A program made the position numbers and the translations under genes. Shown here piece after piece: positions 28,192 to 37,214 of a stretch of DNA of 64,000 bases. Source of the DNA: Acidimicrobiia bacterium (GTDB taxonomy: Bacteria; Actinomycetota; Acidimicrobiia; Spongiisociales; UBA11373); assembly GCA_046714175.1 (NCBI GenBank), contig JBKKBI010000045.1, forward strand, positions 200 through 64,199, read 5' to 3'. How positions within the stretch are numbered: the stretch's first letter is position 1; every line of letters begins with the position of its first letter. Below the pieces are notes generated by a model, which saw only the letters and a program-made list of their open reading frames with translations, searched no databases and was not told where the DNA came from.

Positions 28192-29316
28192 TCAGGTCCC
28201 GAGCAAGCCCAACTGCTGCGCCCGCAGCTTTAGATCCGCGGGCTTGGTGGCGTGGCGGAAGCCTTCCTCGAAGGTGACCAGGCCGGCGGAGGCGAGGCGC
28301 AGGATCGACTGGTCGAAGGTCTCCATGCCATAAAACGCACTGTCGGCGATCACGTCTGGGATCTCGTGGGTCAGCGCGGGATCGGCGATCCGCTCCGCAA
28401 TCCGGTCGGTGTTGATCAGTATTTCCACCGCGGGCACCCGCCCCCGGCCGTCCACGGTGGGAAGCAGGCGCTGGCTGACGATGGCGCGCAGGGTTCCGGC
28501 GAGGAGCAGCCGGATCTGCCTCTGCTGGTCGCTTCCGAAGAAGTCGAGGATCCGGTTGATGGTCTCGGCGGCATCGATGGTGTGCAGGGACGACAGCACG
28601 AGATGCCCCGTCTCCGCCGCCTTCAGCGCGGCGTCGATCGTCTCCGGGTCGCGCATCTCGCCGATCATGATCACGTCGGGATCCTGGCGAAGCACCCGGC
28701 GCATCGCCTCGGCAAAGCCTCCGGTATCGACGCCGACCTCGCGCTGGCTGACCATCGATGCCTTATCGCGATGCAATACCTCGATCGGATCCTCGACAGT
28801 GATGATGTTGCGCCGCAGGTTGGTGTTGATGTGATCGATGAACGCCGCGAGCGTCGTCGACTTGCCCGATCCGGTGGGGCCCGTGACCAGCACCAGGCCG
28901 CGCGGTTCGGCGGCAACGGTGGCTAGCACCGCGGGCAATTGCAGGGAGGCGAAATCTCCGGTGGCGGGCCGCAGCACCCGGAGAGCCAGGCTCACCATCC
29001 CGCGCTGGCGGAAGGCGTTGATGCGAAACCTGCCTCCGTCGGGGAGGCCGAAGGCAAAGTCGGCCTCATGGGACTGCTTGAACTCCACCTCGAGGCGATC
29101 CGGGAGAACGGCGTGGAGGTACTGCTCCACCTCGGCCTCGGTGAGAACGTCTCCCGCGAACGAGTGGAGTTCGCCGTCGACCCGCATGATGGGGGCGCTT
29201 CCGGCGCGCAGGTGCAAGTCCGAAGCCTTATTGGCGATGGCAGCGGCAAGCAGTTCTTCGATGGTGGCGGCGCGGCGTGACATAGGAGTTCTGCTGGTGT
29301 CATCGGAAGAGCCCAC
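28192..29316 (-). CDS. pilT: Type IV pilus twitching-motility ATPase PilT
   Basis: Contains ASDLHLRAGSAPIMRVDG, Walker A VTGPTGSGKSTT, IITVEDPIE and GHLVLSSLHT. The start is either the GTG at 29316 or the ATG at 29283. No pilB/pilC/pilM-Q nearby. Confidence 0.88.
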   Translation of the reverse strand: MGSSDDTSRTPMSRRAATIEELLAAAIANKASDLHLRAGSAPIMRVDGELHSFAGDVLTEAEVEQYLHAVLPDRLEVEFKQSHEADFAFGLPDGGRFRINAFRQRGMVSLALRVLRPATGDFASLQLPAVLATVAAEPRGLVLVTGPTGSGKSTTLAAFIDHINTNLRRNIITVEDPIEVLHRDKASMVSQREVGVDTGGFAEAMRRVLRQDPDVIMIGEMRDPETIDAALKAAETGHLVLSSLHTIDAAETINRILDFFGSDQQRQIRLLLAGTLRAIVSQRLLPTVDGRGRVPAVEILINTDRIAERIADPALTHEIPDVIADSAFYGMETFDQSILRLASAGLVTFEEGFRHATKPADLKLRAQQLGLLGT

Positions 29317-29353
29317 GGGGGGCTTGAGTCACCCGTCGCCCGTTGCCACCTGC

Positions 29354-30364
29354 TCACGCCTGGACCGTCTTCCACGTCGCCGCGGCGACCTGGGCCGCCA
29401 GATCGATCATCCGGTGGGCTCGCTGCGGCGAGCGCACCGAGTGGTCCGGGATGGCTCCGGACAGTCCGTCGAGGGTGGCCGCCACCGAGGCCTCGATCGC
29501 CTCGAGGTGATAGCCGCCTTCGAGCGCCACCACCACCGGGAGGCCAAACCGGGACAGATGGCCTGACATCCTCCCGAAGTCTTCGGCCTCGAGCATGACC
29601 TCGGCCAGGGGGTCGGAGCGATGGGCGTCATACCCGGCGCTGACGAGAATCCACTGCGGGTCGAACTCGGTAAGGACGGGGACGACGATCCGGGTGAAGG
29701 CGGCGTCGTAGGCGTCACCACGCGTGCCCGGGGGCACGGCAATGTTGACGGTGTGACCAATCCCGGCGCCTGTGCCGATGTCCTCCAGCCACCCGCTCCC
29801 CGGATAGAAGGGGAACTGGTGGAGCGACACATAGAGCACGTCGGATCGACTGTCGAAGGTGTCCTGGGTGCCGTCGCCGTGGTGCACATCCCAATCCACG
29901 ATGGCGACACGCTGTCCCCGGCTGATCAGTTTCTCGGCTAGAACCGCCACGTTGTTGAAGATGCAGAACCCGAGGGCCCGGTCGCGGTGAGCGTGGTGGC
30001 CTGGAGGACGAACCGCCAAGAACGCCGTCCGGGCCTCCCCGGCTGCGATGGCGTCCGCGGCGGCGATGCCAGCACCGGCGGCGCGTAGTGACGCCTCCCA
30101 CGATGCTGCGACCACCGCAGTGTCGGGGTCGAGCACCCCTCCCCCACTGGCGCAGATCTGGGCGATGCGCTCGATGTACTCCTCGTCGTGCACCAGCATC
30201 AGATCAGCCTCGTCGGCCAGCGGGGCGGAGCGGAGTTCGATCGGACCGCCCCAGCGTTGCGCCCCCCGCAGCGCCGCCTCGATCCGCGCCGGGCGCTCCG
30301 GATGGGCCTTGCCGGCATCGTGGAGCAGACAGGCCTCGTGGCTGTAGACCAGGGTGGGGAGCAT
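29354..30364 (-). CDS. Histone deacetylase-family (AcuC/Aph-like) deacetylase
   Basis: I prefer the start MLPTLVYSHEACLLHD (ATG 30364). Contains RPPGHHA, DWDVHHGDGTQ and EGGY. The track ORF extension to 30613 reads through the heptamer array and is not credible. Confidence 0.88.
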   Translation of the reverse strand: MLPTLVYSHEACLLHDAGKAHPERPARIEAALRGAQRWGGPIELRSAPLADEADLMLVHDEEYIERIAQICASGGGVLDPDTAVVAASWEASLRAAGAGIAAADAIAAGEARTAFLAVRPPGHHAHRDRALGFCIFNNVAVLAEKLISRGQRVAIVDWDVHHGDGTQDTFDSRSDVLYVSLHQFPFYPGSGWLEDIGTGAGIGHTVNIAVPPGTRGDAYDAAFTRIVVPVLTEFDPQWILVSAGYDAHRSDPLAEVMLEAEDFGRMSGHLSRFGLPVVVALEGGYHLEAIEASVAATLDGLSGAIPDHSVRSPQRAHRMIDLAAQVAAATWKTVQA

Positions 30365-30383
30365 GGCTCGGGAAGGGTATCGG

Positions 30384-30449
30384 CCGGAGACCGGAGACCA
30401 GAGACCGGAGACCGAGACCGGAGGCCGGAGACCGGAGACCGGACACCGG
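30384..30449. repeat. Heptamer tandem array (CCGGAGA)x~9.5, family A
   Basis: Sequence ccggaga ccggaga ccagaga ccggaga ccgaga ccggagg ccggaga ccggaga ccggaca ccggcca. It occupies about half of the 143-bp divergent spacer between the deacetylase and the GNAT gene. Confidence 0.93.
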
Positions 30450-30507
30450 CCATCGCTCATCCGTCCCGTCGGCGGGACCGCGGTCCACCACCGATACAGT
30501 CCCCGGC

Positions 30508-31224
30508 GTGACTGCCGTGCGCCTCGAAGGCAACTGGCCCGGGCCGGTGACGATTCGGCGGGGTTGGGCGCGTGCCGAATCCCGACCCTGGAACGACACC
30601 GTGCCGATGGCACATCTACGCCTGGTGCGCGGCAGTGGCAGTGGCTTCATCGTCGACTGCGTCGCGGCGCTCACTGGTGCCGGTGCCACCGCGGTGTTGT
30701 CGCCGCCCCTCCCCCGCTCGGCGCAGAAGACCTGGCGCCAGGCCGACTTTCTCCCTCACTCCAGCTTGGCCCTGATGCGCCGCAATCTGGGCCCGGTCCC
30801 ACCACCGACACACCTCGTCATCGCCGGAACCGAAGAAGACGTGACCGAGGCGCTGCGTATCGATGCCGCCGCCTTCGATCGATTCTGGCGTTTCGATGAG
30901 AGCGCACTCGCCGAGGCTATCGCCGCAACCCCGCAGTCGGTGCTGCAGGTGGTCAAGGCTCCCAATGGCGGACTGGCCGGTTACGCGGTGACCGGAGCCG
31001 GCTCGACTTTGGCCTACCTGCAGCGGGTGGCGGTCGATCCGCGGTTTCAAGGCAACGGGATCGGACGCTCCCTGATCCGCGCTTCGGCGCGGTGGGCCAA
31101 GAAGTCGGGAGCGACCTCGATCATGCTCAACACCCAGGTGGAGAACGAGGCCGCCATACGCCTCTACGAGTCGGAGGGTTACGACACCCTGGACGAACCG
31201 CTCGAGGTGTTGATCAGCGGGTGA
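30508..31224 (+). CDS. GNAT family N-acetyltransferase
   Basis: GTG at 30508. C-terminal LQRVAVDPRFQGNGIGRSLI...NEAAIRLYESEGY is the acetyl-CoA binding motif. The track ORF (30088) is over-extended across the repeat. Confidence 0.8.
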   Translation: MTAVRLEGNWPGPVTIRRGWARAESRPWNDTVPMAHLRLVRGSGSGFIVDCVAALTGAGATAVLSPPLPRSAQKTWRQADFLPHSSLALMRRNLGPVPPPTHLVIAGTEEDVTEALRIDAAAFDRFWRFDESALAEAIAATPQSVLQVVKAPNGGLAGYAVTGAGSTLAYLQRVAVDPRFQGNGIGRSLIRASARWAKKSGATSIMLNTQVENEAAIRLYESEGYDTLDEPLEVLISG

Positions 31225-31294
31225 CGATGACGGTGGCCTCCTCCGCGGCTCCGGGATGCGAGAATCGTCGCCATCAGGTCCCGGGAGGATCGCA

Positions 31295-32128
31295 TTGATC
31301 CGCATCGTCACCGACTCATCATGCGATCTCCCGGACGATCTGGTCGCGCGGCACCGGATCGCCGTGGTCCCGCTCACCATCAGGTTCGGTGACGAGGACC
31401 TCGTCGACGGTGAGCAGCTCACCTCGGACGAGTTCTGGCGACGCCTCACCCAAGAGACGACCCAACCCCAAACCGCGGCTCCATCCGCGGAGCGCTTTCA
31501 GGAGACCTTTCGCAAGCTCTCCGACGAGGGAGCCGACGGATTGGTGGTGATCTGCCTGTCGTCGCGGATCTCCGCCACCCACGAGTCGGCCGTGGGGGCC
31601 GCCGAGGAGTTTCGGGGTGGCATCCCGATCCGGGTCGTGGACAGCGCGCTGGCCTCCACCGCCCTGGGACTGGTGGCGATCGAGGCAGCCGAGCTCGCTG
31701 CCACCGGGGTCGGCATCGACCCGGTGGAAGAGATCGCCGTCGCTGCGGCCGCCGCCACCCACTTGTTCGCCACGCTCGACACCATCGAGTTCCTGCACCG
31801 CGGCGGCCGTCTCGGGCGGGCGCAGGCTCTCCTGGGCAATCTCCTCGACCTCAAGCCTCTGATCTCCTTCGACGAGGGCGCACTGGAGGCGGCGGGCAAG
31901 GTACGCACGCGTCGTAAGGCGCTGGCCGCGGTGACGGACCACCTTGCCGAACTCGGGGACAGGGTCCGGCGCTTTGCGATCGTCCATTCCGACCCGGCCG
32001 ATCTCGACGAGTTCCTGACGGCCATCCGGGCCGTGCGGGACGAGGAACCCCTGGTGACCCGGGTCGGCCCCGTGGTCGGCACCAACGCCGGACCGGGGAT
32101 GGCTGGCGTGGTCTACCGACTCGGCTGA
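31295..32128 (+). CDS. DegV family fatty-acid-binding protein
   Basis: The TTG at 31295, 4 nt after GGGAGGAT, gives (M)IRIVTDSSCDLPDDL, a typical DegV start. The track ORF starts at 31256. Confidence 0.85.
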   Translation: MIRIVTDSSCDLPDDLVARHRIAVVPLTIRFGDEDLVDGEQLTSDEFWRRLTQETTQPQTAAPSAERFQETFRKLSDEGADGLVVICLSSRISATHESAVGAAEEFRGGIPIRVVDSALASTALGLVAIEAAELAATGVGIDPVEEIAVAAAAATHLFATLDTIEFLHRGGRLGRAQALLGNLLDLKPLISFDEGALEAAGKVRTRRKALAAVTDHLAELGDRVRRFAIVHSDPADLDEFLTAIRAVRDEEPLVTRVGPVVGTNAGPGMAGVVYRLG

Positions 32129-32144
32129 CCGTTACCGTTGCCCT

Positions 32145-32726
32145 GTGACCGACCGCGCCGCGACCGATGCCGCCCTCATCCAGCAATACCTGCGGGGTGA
32201 TATCGCTGCCTTCGACACCTTGATGCGGGCACATGAGGACCGAGTCTTTGCGGTGTGCCTGCGCCTCCTCCGGAATCGCGAGGCCGCGCTCGACGCCACC
32301 CAGGAGACTTTTGTGACAGTGTTTCGCAAGGCGGACCGGTTCTCCGGGAGGAGCGCCTTCAGCACATGGCTGTACCGGGTGGCGGTAAACACCTGTTACG
32401 ACCAGTCGCGGCGTAGCCGGCGACACGCCGCCGAGCCGCTTCCCGAGGGCAACGACCCTGCGGATCACACAGCCGGCGACGCTTTCGTGTCGGTGGAGTT
32501 GCGACCCGACCTCGAAGCCGCCCTGGCAGCCCTTCCGGACGAGTTCCGCGCCGCGGTGATCCTGGCCGATCTCGAGGGTCTGGCCCTGCAGACGGTGGCT
32601 GAGGCACTCGAAATCCCGGTGGGCACGGTCAAGTCACGGGTGTTCCGCGGCCGCAAACTGCTGGCGGCGGCCCTCGGGAACCTGCAGGACCCTTCCGACA
32701 CTCCAAGTGGCGAGCACCATGCGTGA
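32145..32726 (+). CDS. ECF (sigma-70 family) RNA polymerase sigma factor, SigM-like by synteny
   Basis: 193 aa. Region 2 has FSTWLYRVAVNTCYD. Region 4 has LEGLALQTVAEALEIPVGTVKSRVFRGR. Same position as sigM upstream of trxB/trxC in mycobacteria. Confidence 0.88.
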   Translation: MTDRAATDAALIQQYLRGDIAAFDTLMRAHEDRVFAVCLRLLRNREAALDATQETFVTVFRKADRFSGRSAFSTWLYRVAVNTCYDQSRRSRRHAAEPLPEGNDPADHTAGDAFVSVELRPDLEAALAALPDEFRAAVILADLEGLALQTVAEALEIPVGTVKSRVFRGRKLLAAALGNLQDPSDTPSGEHHA

Positions 32727-33534
32727 ATACGACCCCGAACTGATCTTCGACCTCGTCGCCGGAGACCTGCCTCCGGCCGAGGCCGCCGCGCTCGAGGCTC
32801 GGATCGCCGCCGACCCCAAGGCCGCCGCCGAGTTGCTCGCACAGCGAGCAACGCTCTCCGCGCTGCGTCAGGCGACTCCGGCGCGACTGACCGCGGCCGA
32901 GCGCACGACCCTGCACGCTGCCGTCGCCAGCCGCCTGGGGCTCGAGCCGGGACAGGCGCCGGTCGCCCGGACCAGGCGCGCCGTCCCCTGGGGCGCGATC
33001 GCCGTGGCGGCCTCCGCCATAGTCGCCATCGTGGCCGTGGCTCCGATGATGAGTCTGCTCGACCGAGGATCGGACGACGCCCTCACTGCGGCCGACGGCG
33101 CTGCCACCACTACTCAGGCAGGAGCGGCCGAGTTCGACGCCAGCACCGGTGGCGAGGCTCCCGCGATGGCTGACACCGCCACCGTGGAGACGACGGCCAC
33201 CGGAACGGGCGGCCCAACCACGCTCGCCACCGCGCTGGCCGAGCGCGCCGGCGAACCGCCAGCAGTGGCCCAGGACCTCATGCTCCTCGCCGCCGACCCC
33301 GAGGCGGTACAGGTACTGGAGCAGCCGATCGACGAGGCGACCTTGTGCGTGGCCGAGGCGGAAACGTACTTCGGGTCCTTCGGTCTCACCTACTTCGAGT
33401 ATCCGATGGAGACCGAGGAGGCCGGCAAGTCGATCACCTTCCTGGTGTTCCACCTCGCCGCCCCCGACGGCACCACCGGGGCCTTGGTCGCCTTCGATCC
33501 GGCCGATTGCACGGTGCCGATACCCGTGCCGTAG
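32719..33534 (+). CDS. Anti-sigma factor (single-pass membrane protein)
   Basis: The ATG at 32719 overlaps the sigma factor stop. N-terminal helical anti-sigma-like segment, a central TM (WGAIAVAASAIVAIVAVAPMM) and an extracytoplasmic C-terminal domain. Confidence 0.7.
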   Translation: MREYDPELIFDLVAGDLPPAEAAALEARIAADPKAAAELLAQRATLSALRQATPARLTAAERTTLHAAVASRLGLEPGQAPVARTRRAVPWGAIAVAASAIVAIVAVAPMMSLLDRGSDDALTAADGAATTTQAGAAEFDASTGGEAPAMADTATVETTATGTGGPTTLATALAERAGEPPAVAQDLMLLAADPEAVQVLEQPIDEATLCVAEAETYFGSFGLTYFEYPMETEEAGKSITFLVFHLAAPDGTTGALVAFDPADCTVPIPVP

Positions 33535-33562
33535 GAACGGAGCCGACAGCCGGCCTTCCCAG

Positions 33563-33590
33563 GTAACGGGTAACCGGCGACGGGTAACCT
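33563..33590. repeat. Heptamer tandem array (GTAACGG-like)x4, family C
   Basis: Sequence gtaacgg gtaaccg gcgacgg gtaacct. It ends 6 nt before the GTG at 33597. The upstream spacer also contains agccgacagccgg (family E motif). Confidence 0.7.
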
Positions 33591-33596
33591 CTTTTC

Positions 33597-33932
33597 GTGC
33601 CCGAGGAAGCCGCCCCCCGCCCCGAACGCGATGACCTTCCGGTGCGCGTGGCCGACTTGCTCGAGCTGATCGCCACCCGGATCCGGGCCATGACCGTCGA
33701 TCGCATCGCCCGGGTGATCACCTTCGTCACCCTGGGTCTGGTGGCGCTCACTCTGGTCGGTCTGGCGTTCATCTTCTTCCTGGTGGGCCTATTCCGGATC
33801 GCCGACGGTCTGATCAGCAAGGTGTGCGATTGCGGCTATTCGATGGAGCTCGCCTACGCCGGGGTTGGGGGACTATTCCTGTTGCTCGGAGCGTTGTTGT
33901 GGCGCAATCGAGTCCGCCGCGAGGGTGCGTGA
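33597..33932 (+). CDS. Hypothetical two-helix membrane protein
   Basis: 111-aa ORF. Its stop overlaps the trxB GTG (GTGA), which suggests co-translation. Confidence 0.55.
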   Translation: MPEEAAPRPERDDLPVRVADLLELIATRIRAMTVDRIARVITFVTLGLVALTLVGLAFIFFLVGLFRIADGLISKVCDCGYSMELAYAGVGGLFLLLGALLWRNRVRREGA

Positions 33933-34867
33933 AAGAACAAGTCGTAGTCATCGGATCTGGACCCGCAGGCCTCACCGCCGCGGTGTACGCCGCCCGGGCC
34001 GGGCTGGAGCCCCTGGTGATCGAGGGGATCGCCGCTGGTGGTCAACTGATGCTGACCACCGAGGTGGAGAACTATCCGGGCTACCCCGACGGCATCATGG
34101 GACCGGAGATGATGGGGCTGTTCCGCAAGCAGGCGGAGCGCTTCGGCACCCGCTTTGTGACCAACGACGTGACCCGGGTCGACTTGTCGGCGCGCCCGTT
34201 CCGTATCTGGGTGGACGAGTCGGAATACCAAGCGGACGCCGTGATCATCTCCACCGGGGCCTCGGCGCAGTGGCTGGGGGTTCCCGGCGAGGAGAAGCTA
34301 CGCGGTCACGGGGTCAGCGCCTGCGCCACATGTGACGGCTTCTTCTTCAAGGACCGCGAGATCGTGGTCGTCGGGGGTGGAGACTCGGCCATGGAGGAAG
34401 CGCTCTTCCTCACCCGTTTCGCCACCCGGGTCACCGTGATCCATCGCCGCGGCGAATTCCGCGCCTCGAACATCATGGCCGAACGTGTGATGAACCACCC
34501 CAAGATCGCGATCCGGTGGAACACCGTCGTCGAGGAAATTCTCGGCGATGACTCGGTGACGGGGGTCCGGGTACGCGATGCCGTCACCGGCGCCGTCTCC
34601 GACCATCCGGCCGAAGGGGTGTTCGTCGCCATCGGCCACACCCCCAATACGGGCCTGTTCGCCGGTCAGCTCGAACTGGACCCCCGCGGCTACCTGCTCA
34701 CATTCAAAGGTACCGCGACTTCGGTCGCCGGGGTGTTCGGAGCCGGAGATGTCGTCGACTCGATCTACCGTCAGGCCATCACTGCAGCCGGAATGGGTTG
34801 CGAGGCCGCGATGGACGCCGAACGCTGGTTGGAGGACGAGGAGGCGGGTTTGGAGACCACGGAATGA
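33929..34867 (+). CDS. trxB: Thioredoxin-disulfide reductase
   Basis: The GTG at 33929 gives KEQVVVIGSGPAGLTAAVYAARAG. Redox-active CATCDG. GGGDSAMEEALFLT is the NADPH site. The track ORF is extended to 33824. Confidence 0.93.
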   Translation: MKEQVVVIGSGPAGLTAAVYAARAGLEPLVIEGIAAGGQLMLTTEVENYPGYPDGIMGPEMMGLFRKQAERFGTRFVTNDVTRVDLSARPFRIWVDESEYQADAVIISTGASAQWLGVPGEEKLRGHGVSACATCDGFFFKDREIVVVGGGDSAMEEALFLTRFATRVTVIHRRGEFRASNIMAERVMNHPKIAIRWNTVVEEILGDDSVTGVRVRDAVTGAVSDHPAEGVFVAIGHTPNTGLFAGQLELDPRGYLLTFKGTATSVAGVFGAGDVVDSIYRQAITAAGMGCEAAMDAERWLEDEEAGLETTE

Positions 34868-34940
34868 CCGCCGCGCCCTCGGCGTTCTAGCGCCGACGAA
34901 CTCGAATGGAGGATGGCCCCCTCAGGCGGCCACACGAAAG

Positions 34941-35267
34941 ATGTCAGACAACACCATTACCGCCACCGACCAGAACTTTGCCGAACTGATCGCCGGGGAA
35001 ACCCCGGTGCTGGTCGACTTCTGGGCGGAGTGGTGCGGTCCGTGCCGGATGATCGCCCCCATCGTGGAGGAGATCGCGGCCGAGTACACCGGGACCCTGC
35101 GGGTGGCGAAGCTCAACGTCGACGAGAACCCGCAGACGGCAGGCGCCTACGACGTCATGGGCATTCCGACCCTGATCGTGTATCAGAAGGGCGAGGTGCG
35201 CAAGCGGCTGGTGGGTGCCATGCCCAAACACAAAATGCTCGCCGAGCTCAGTTCCTTCATCGGCTGA
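34941..35267 (+). CDS. trxA: Thioredoxin
   Basis: 108 aa from the ATG at 34941. WAEWCGPCR active site. Confidence 0.93.
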   Translation: MSDNTITATDQNFAELIAGETPVLVDFWAEWCGPCRMIAPIVEEIAAEYTGTLRVAKLNVDENPQTAGAYDVMGIPTLIVYQKGEVRKRLVGAMPKHKMLAELSSFIG

Positions 35268-35317
35268 GTAGGCCCCCGCGGACGCACATCCTCCACGACC
35301 TGCGACCATTCCCCCCA

Positions 35318-36304
35318 ATGGCGCTTTACCGGACCGGCGATGCCGGCGAGCCGGTCCGGGACATTCAGGACCGGCTCCACGAACTCGGCTTTTCCACCGC
35401 ACCTGACCCCACGGCGGTGTTCGGCGAGGGCACCGCGTCGGCGGTAACTTCATTCCAGCGCTCGCGCCGCCTCCCCGCCGACGGATTGGTGGGCCGGGAG
35501 ACTTGGCGCACCATGGTCGACGCCGGGTTTCGCCTCGGGGACCGGCTCCTCTACAACCGCATGCCGATGTTGCACGGCGATGACGTCGCTGACATGCAGC
35601 GGCGACTCAACGCGCTCGGATTCGACGCCGGGCGAGTGGACGGGATCTTCGGGCCCGTCACTCTCGCCGCCGTCCTCGACTTCCAGCAGAACCGCCATAT
35701 GGCTGAGGACGGGATCGTCGGGCCTGACGTGATCGAGGAACTCAATTCGATGTCCCGCGAAACGGAGAAAATGGGACGCCATCACGTCCGGGAGCGAGTC
35801 TGGCTGGCGGGCCTCCCCCCGAGCCTGGTGGGGCTGCGCGTCTTCCTCGATCCGTCCTGCCGCGACGAGCCCGAGGCTGCAGAGTCGTGGACCGCCGCCG
35901 GCGGGGCGGCGCTCACCGTGCGCGAGTCTGGCGGGCAGGCGTTTTTGGCGCGCTCCTCCGACACTCGTCCGGCGGAGCGCCTGCGCTCCCAGCAAGCCAA
36001 TGAACTCGCCCCCGATCTCATCATCGGGTTCTGCCACCCGGGAACGGACATCGCCGGGGTGTTCTATTTCGCCTCCGCACAAAGCCACAGTGAGGCTGGT
36101 GCTGCCATGGCAGCCGGGCTGGCGGGGCGGCTCGGGGTCAAGGCGGCCGGACGATCCACCCTCCTGTTGCGGGCCACCCGGGCGCCGGCGGTGATCGTGT
36201 CGCTCCCCCGCCTGGACTCGGCCCTGGGACGCAGCGTGGTGCGGGCGTTGGACGAATGGTTCGCGGAGAGGGACCGGTATGCGAGTCGATCGGCCGCCCG
36301 CTGA
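35318..36304 (+). CDS. cwlM: CwlM-like protein: two peptidoglycan-binding (PG_binding_1) repeats plus N-acetylmuramoyl-L-alanine amidase_3-like domain, no signal peptide
   Basis: The ATG at 35318 gives MALYRTGDAGEPVRDIQDRLHELGF. A second repeat reads VADMQRRLNALGFDAGRVDGIFG. Same position as mycobacterial cwlM between trxC and parB. Confidence 0.75.
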   Translation: MALYRTGDAGEPVRDIQDRLHELGFSTAPDPTAVFGEGTASAVTSFQRSRRLPADGLVGRETWRTMVDAGFRLGDRLLYNRMPMLHGDDVADMQRRLNALGFDAGRVDGIFGPVTLAAVLDFQQNRHMAEDGIVGPDVIEELNSMSRETEKMGRHHVRERVWLAGLPPSLVGLRVFLDPSCRDEPEAAESWTAAGGAALTVRESGGQAFLARSSDTRPAERLRSQQANELAPDLIIGFCHPGTDIAGVFYFASAQSHSEAGAAMAAGLAGRLGVKAAGRSTLLLRATRAPAVIVSLPRLDSALGRSVVRALDEWFAERDRYASRSAAR

Positions 36305-36347
36305 TCGAGCGATCCGCTCCGCGCCGCTAAGGCGAAAACCCCATCGA

Positions 36348-37214
36348 TCACTTGCCGAGAAGGCTGCGATAGATCCGCTCCAAATCATCCAATGAGCCGA
36401 ACCGGATCGTCATCCGTCCGCCCCCACGGCGGGCGTACTCGATGCGGACCGGAGTCCCGAGCCGTTCTCCGAGTCGCTCCTCGAGGGCGATGATCTGGGC
36501 GGCGCGATCCTGCTTCGCCTTCGAGGGCTTCTTCTTCACCTCGGGTTCGCTGCCCTGGCGCGCCCGCACCGCCTCTTCCACCTGACGGACCGACCATCCT
36601 TCGGTGGCGGCCTTGTTGGCGATCCGCACCGCGTACGCGGTGTCCTCGGTACCCAGCAGAGCCCGGGCAGCGCCGGCGCTGATCTTGTTGGCCAAGAGCA
36701 GGGCCTGGATCGCCCCGGGCAAACCGAGCAGCCGCACGCTATTCGTCACCGCACTTCGACTCTTTCCAACCCGCGCCGCCACCTGTTCATGGCTTAGCCC
36801 AAAATCTTCCATGAGCGTCCGGTAGGCGCCGGCTTCCTCGAGGGGGTCGAGGTCCTCACGCTGCACATTCTCCACCACCGCCTCGACCAGGCGGCCCTGA
36901 TCGTCACCGTCCCGAATCATGGCCGGGATCTCGACCAGACCGGCCATGCGGGCCGCCCGCAATCTGCGCTCTCCGGCCACTAGGACGTGGCGGCCGTTGC
37001 TGCCGGCGGGTCGAACCACGATTGGTTGTAAGACACCGACTTCCTTGATCGAGTCGGCGAGACCCTGCAGTGGTTCGGTGTCGAAACGGTCCCGGGGTTG
37101 GCGGGGATTCGGATCGACGGCATCGACCGGGATCATTGCGAAGCCCTCGGTGGGTCTCCCCGTCGCCAGTAGGGCGTCGAGACCCCGACCCAGACCCGAC
37201 TTACGCGCGCCCAT
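36348..37214 (-). CDS. parB: Chromosome partitioning protein ParB
   Basis: I prefer the start MGARKSGLGRGLDALL (ATG 37214). Contains GVLQPIVVRP and HVLVAGERRLRAA, plus the HTH LSHEQVAARVGKSRSAVTNSVRLL. Confidence 0.92.
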   Translation of the reverse strand: MGARKSGLGRGLDALLATGRPTEGFAMIPVDAVDPNPRQPRDRFDTEPLQGLADSIKEVGVLQPIVVRPAGSNGRHVLVAGERRLRAARMAGLVEIPAMIRDGDDQGRLVEAVVENVQREDLDPLEEAGAYRTLMEDFGLSHEQVAARVGKSRSAVTNSVRLLGLPGAIQALLLANKISAGAARALLGTEDTAYAVRIANKAATEGWSVRQVEEAVRARQGSEPEVKKKPSKAKQDRAAQIIALEERLGERLGTPVRIEYARRGGGRMTIRFGSLDDLERIYRSLLGK

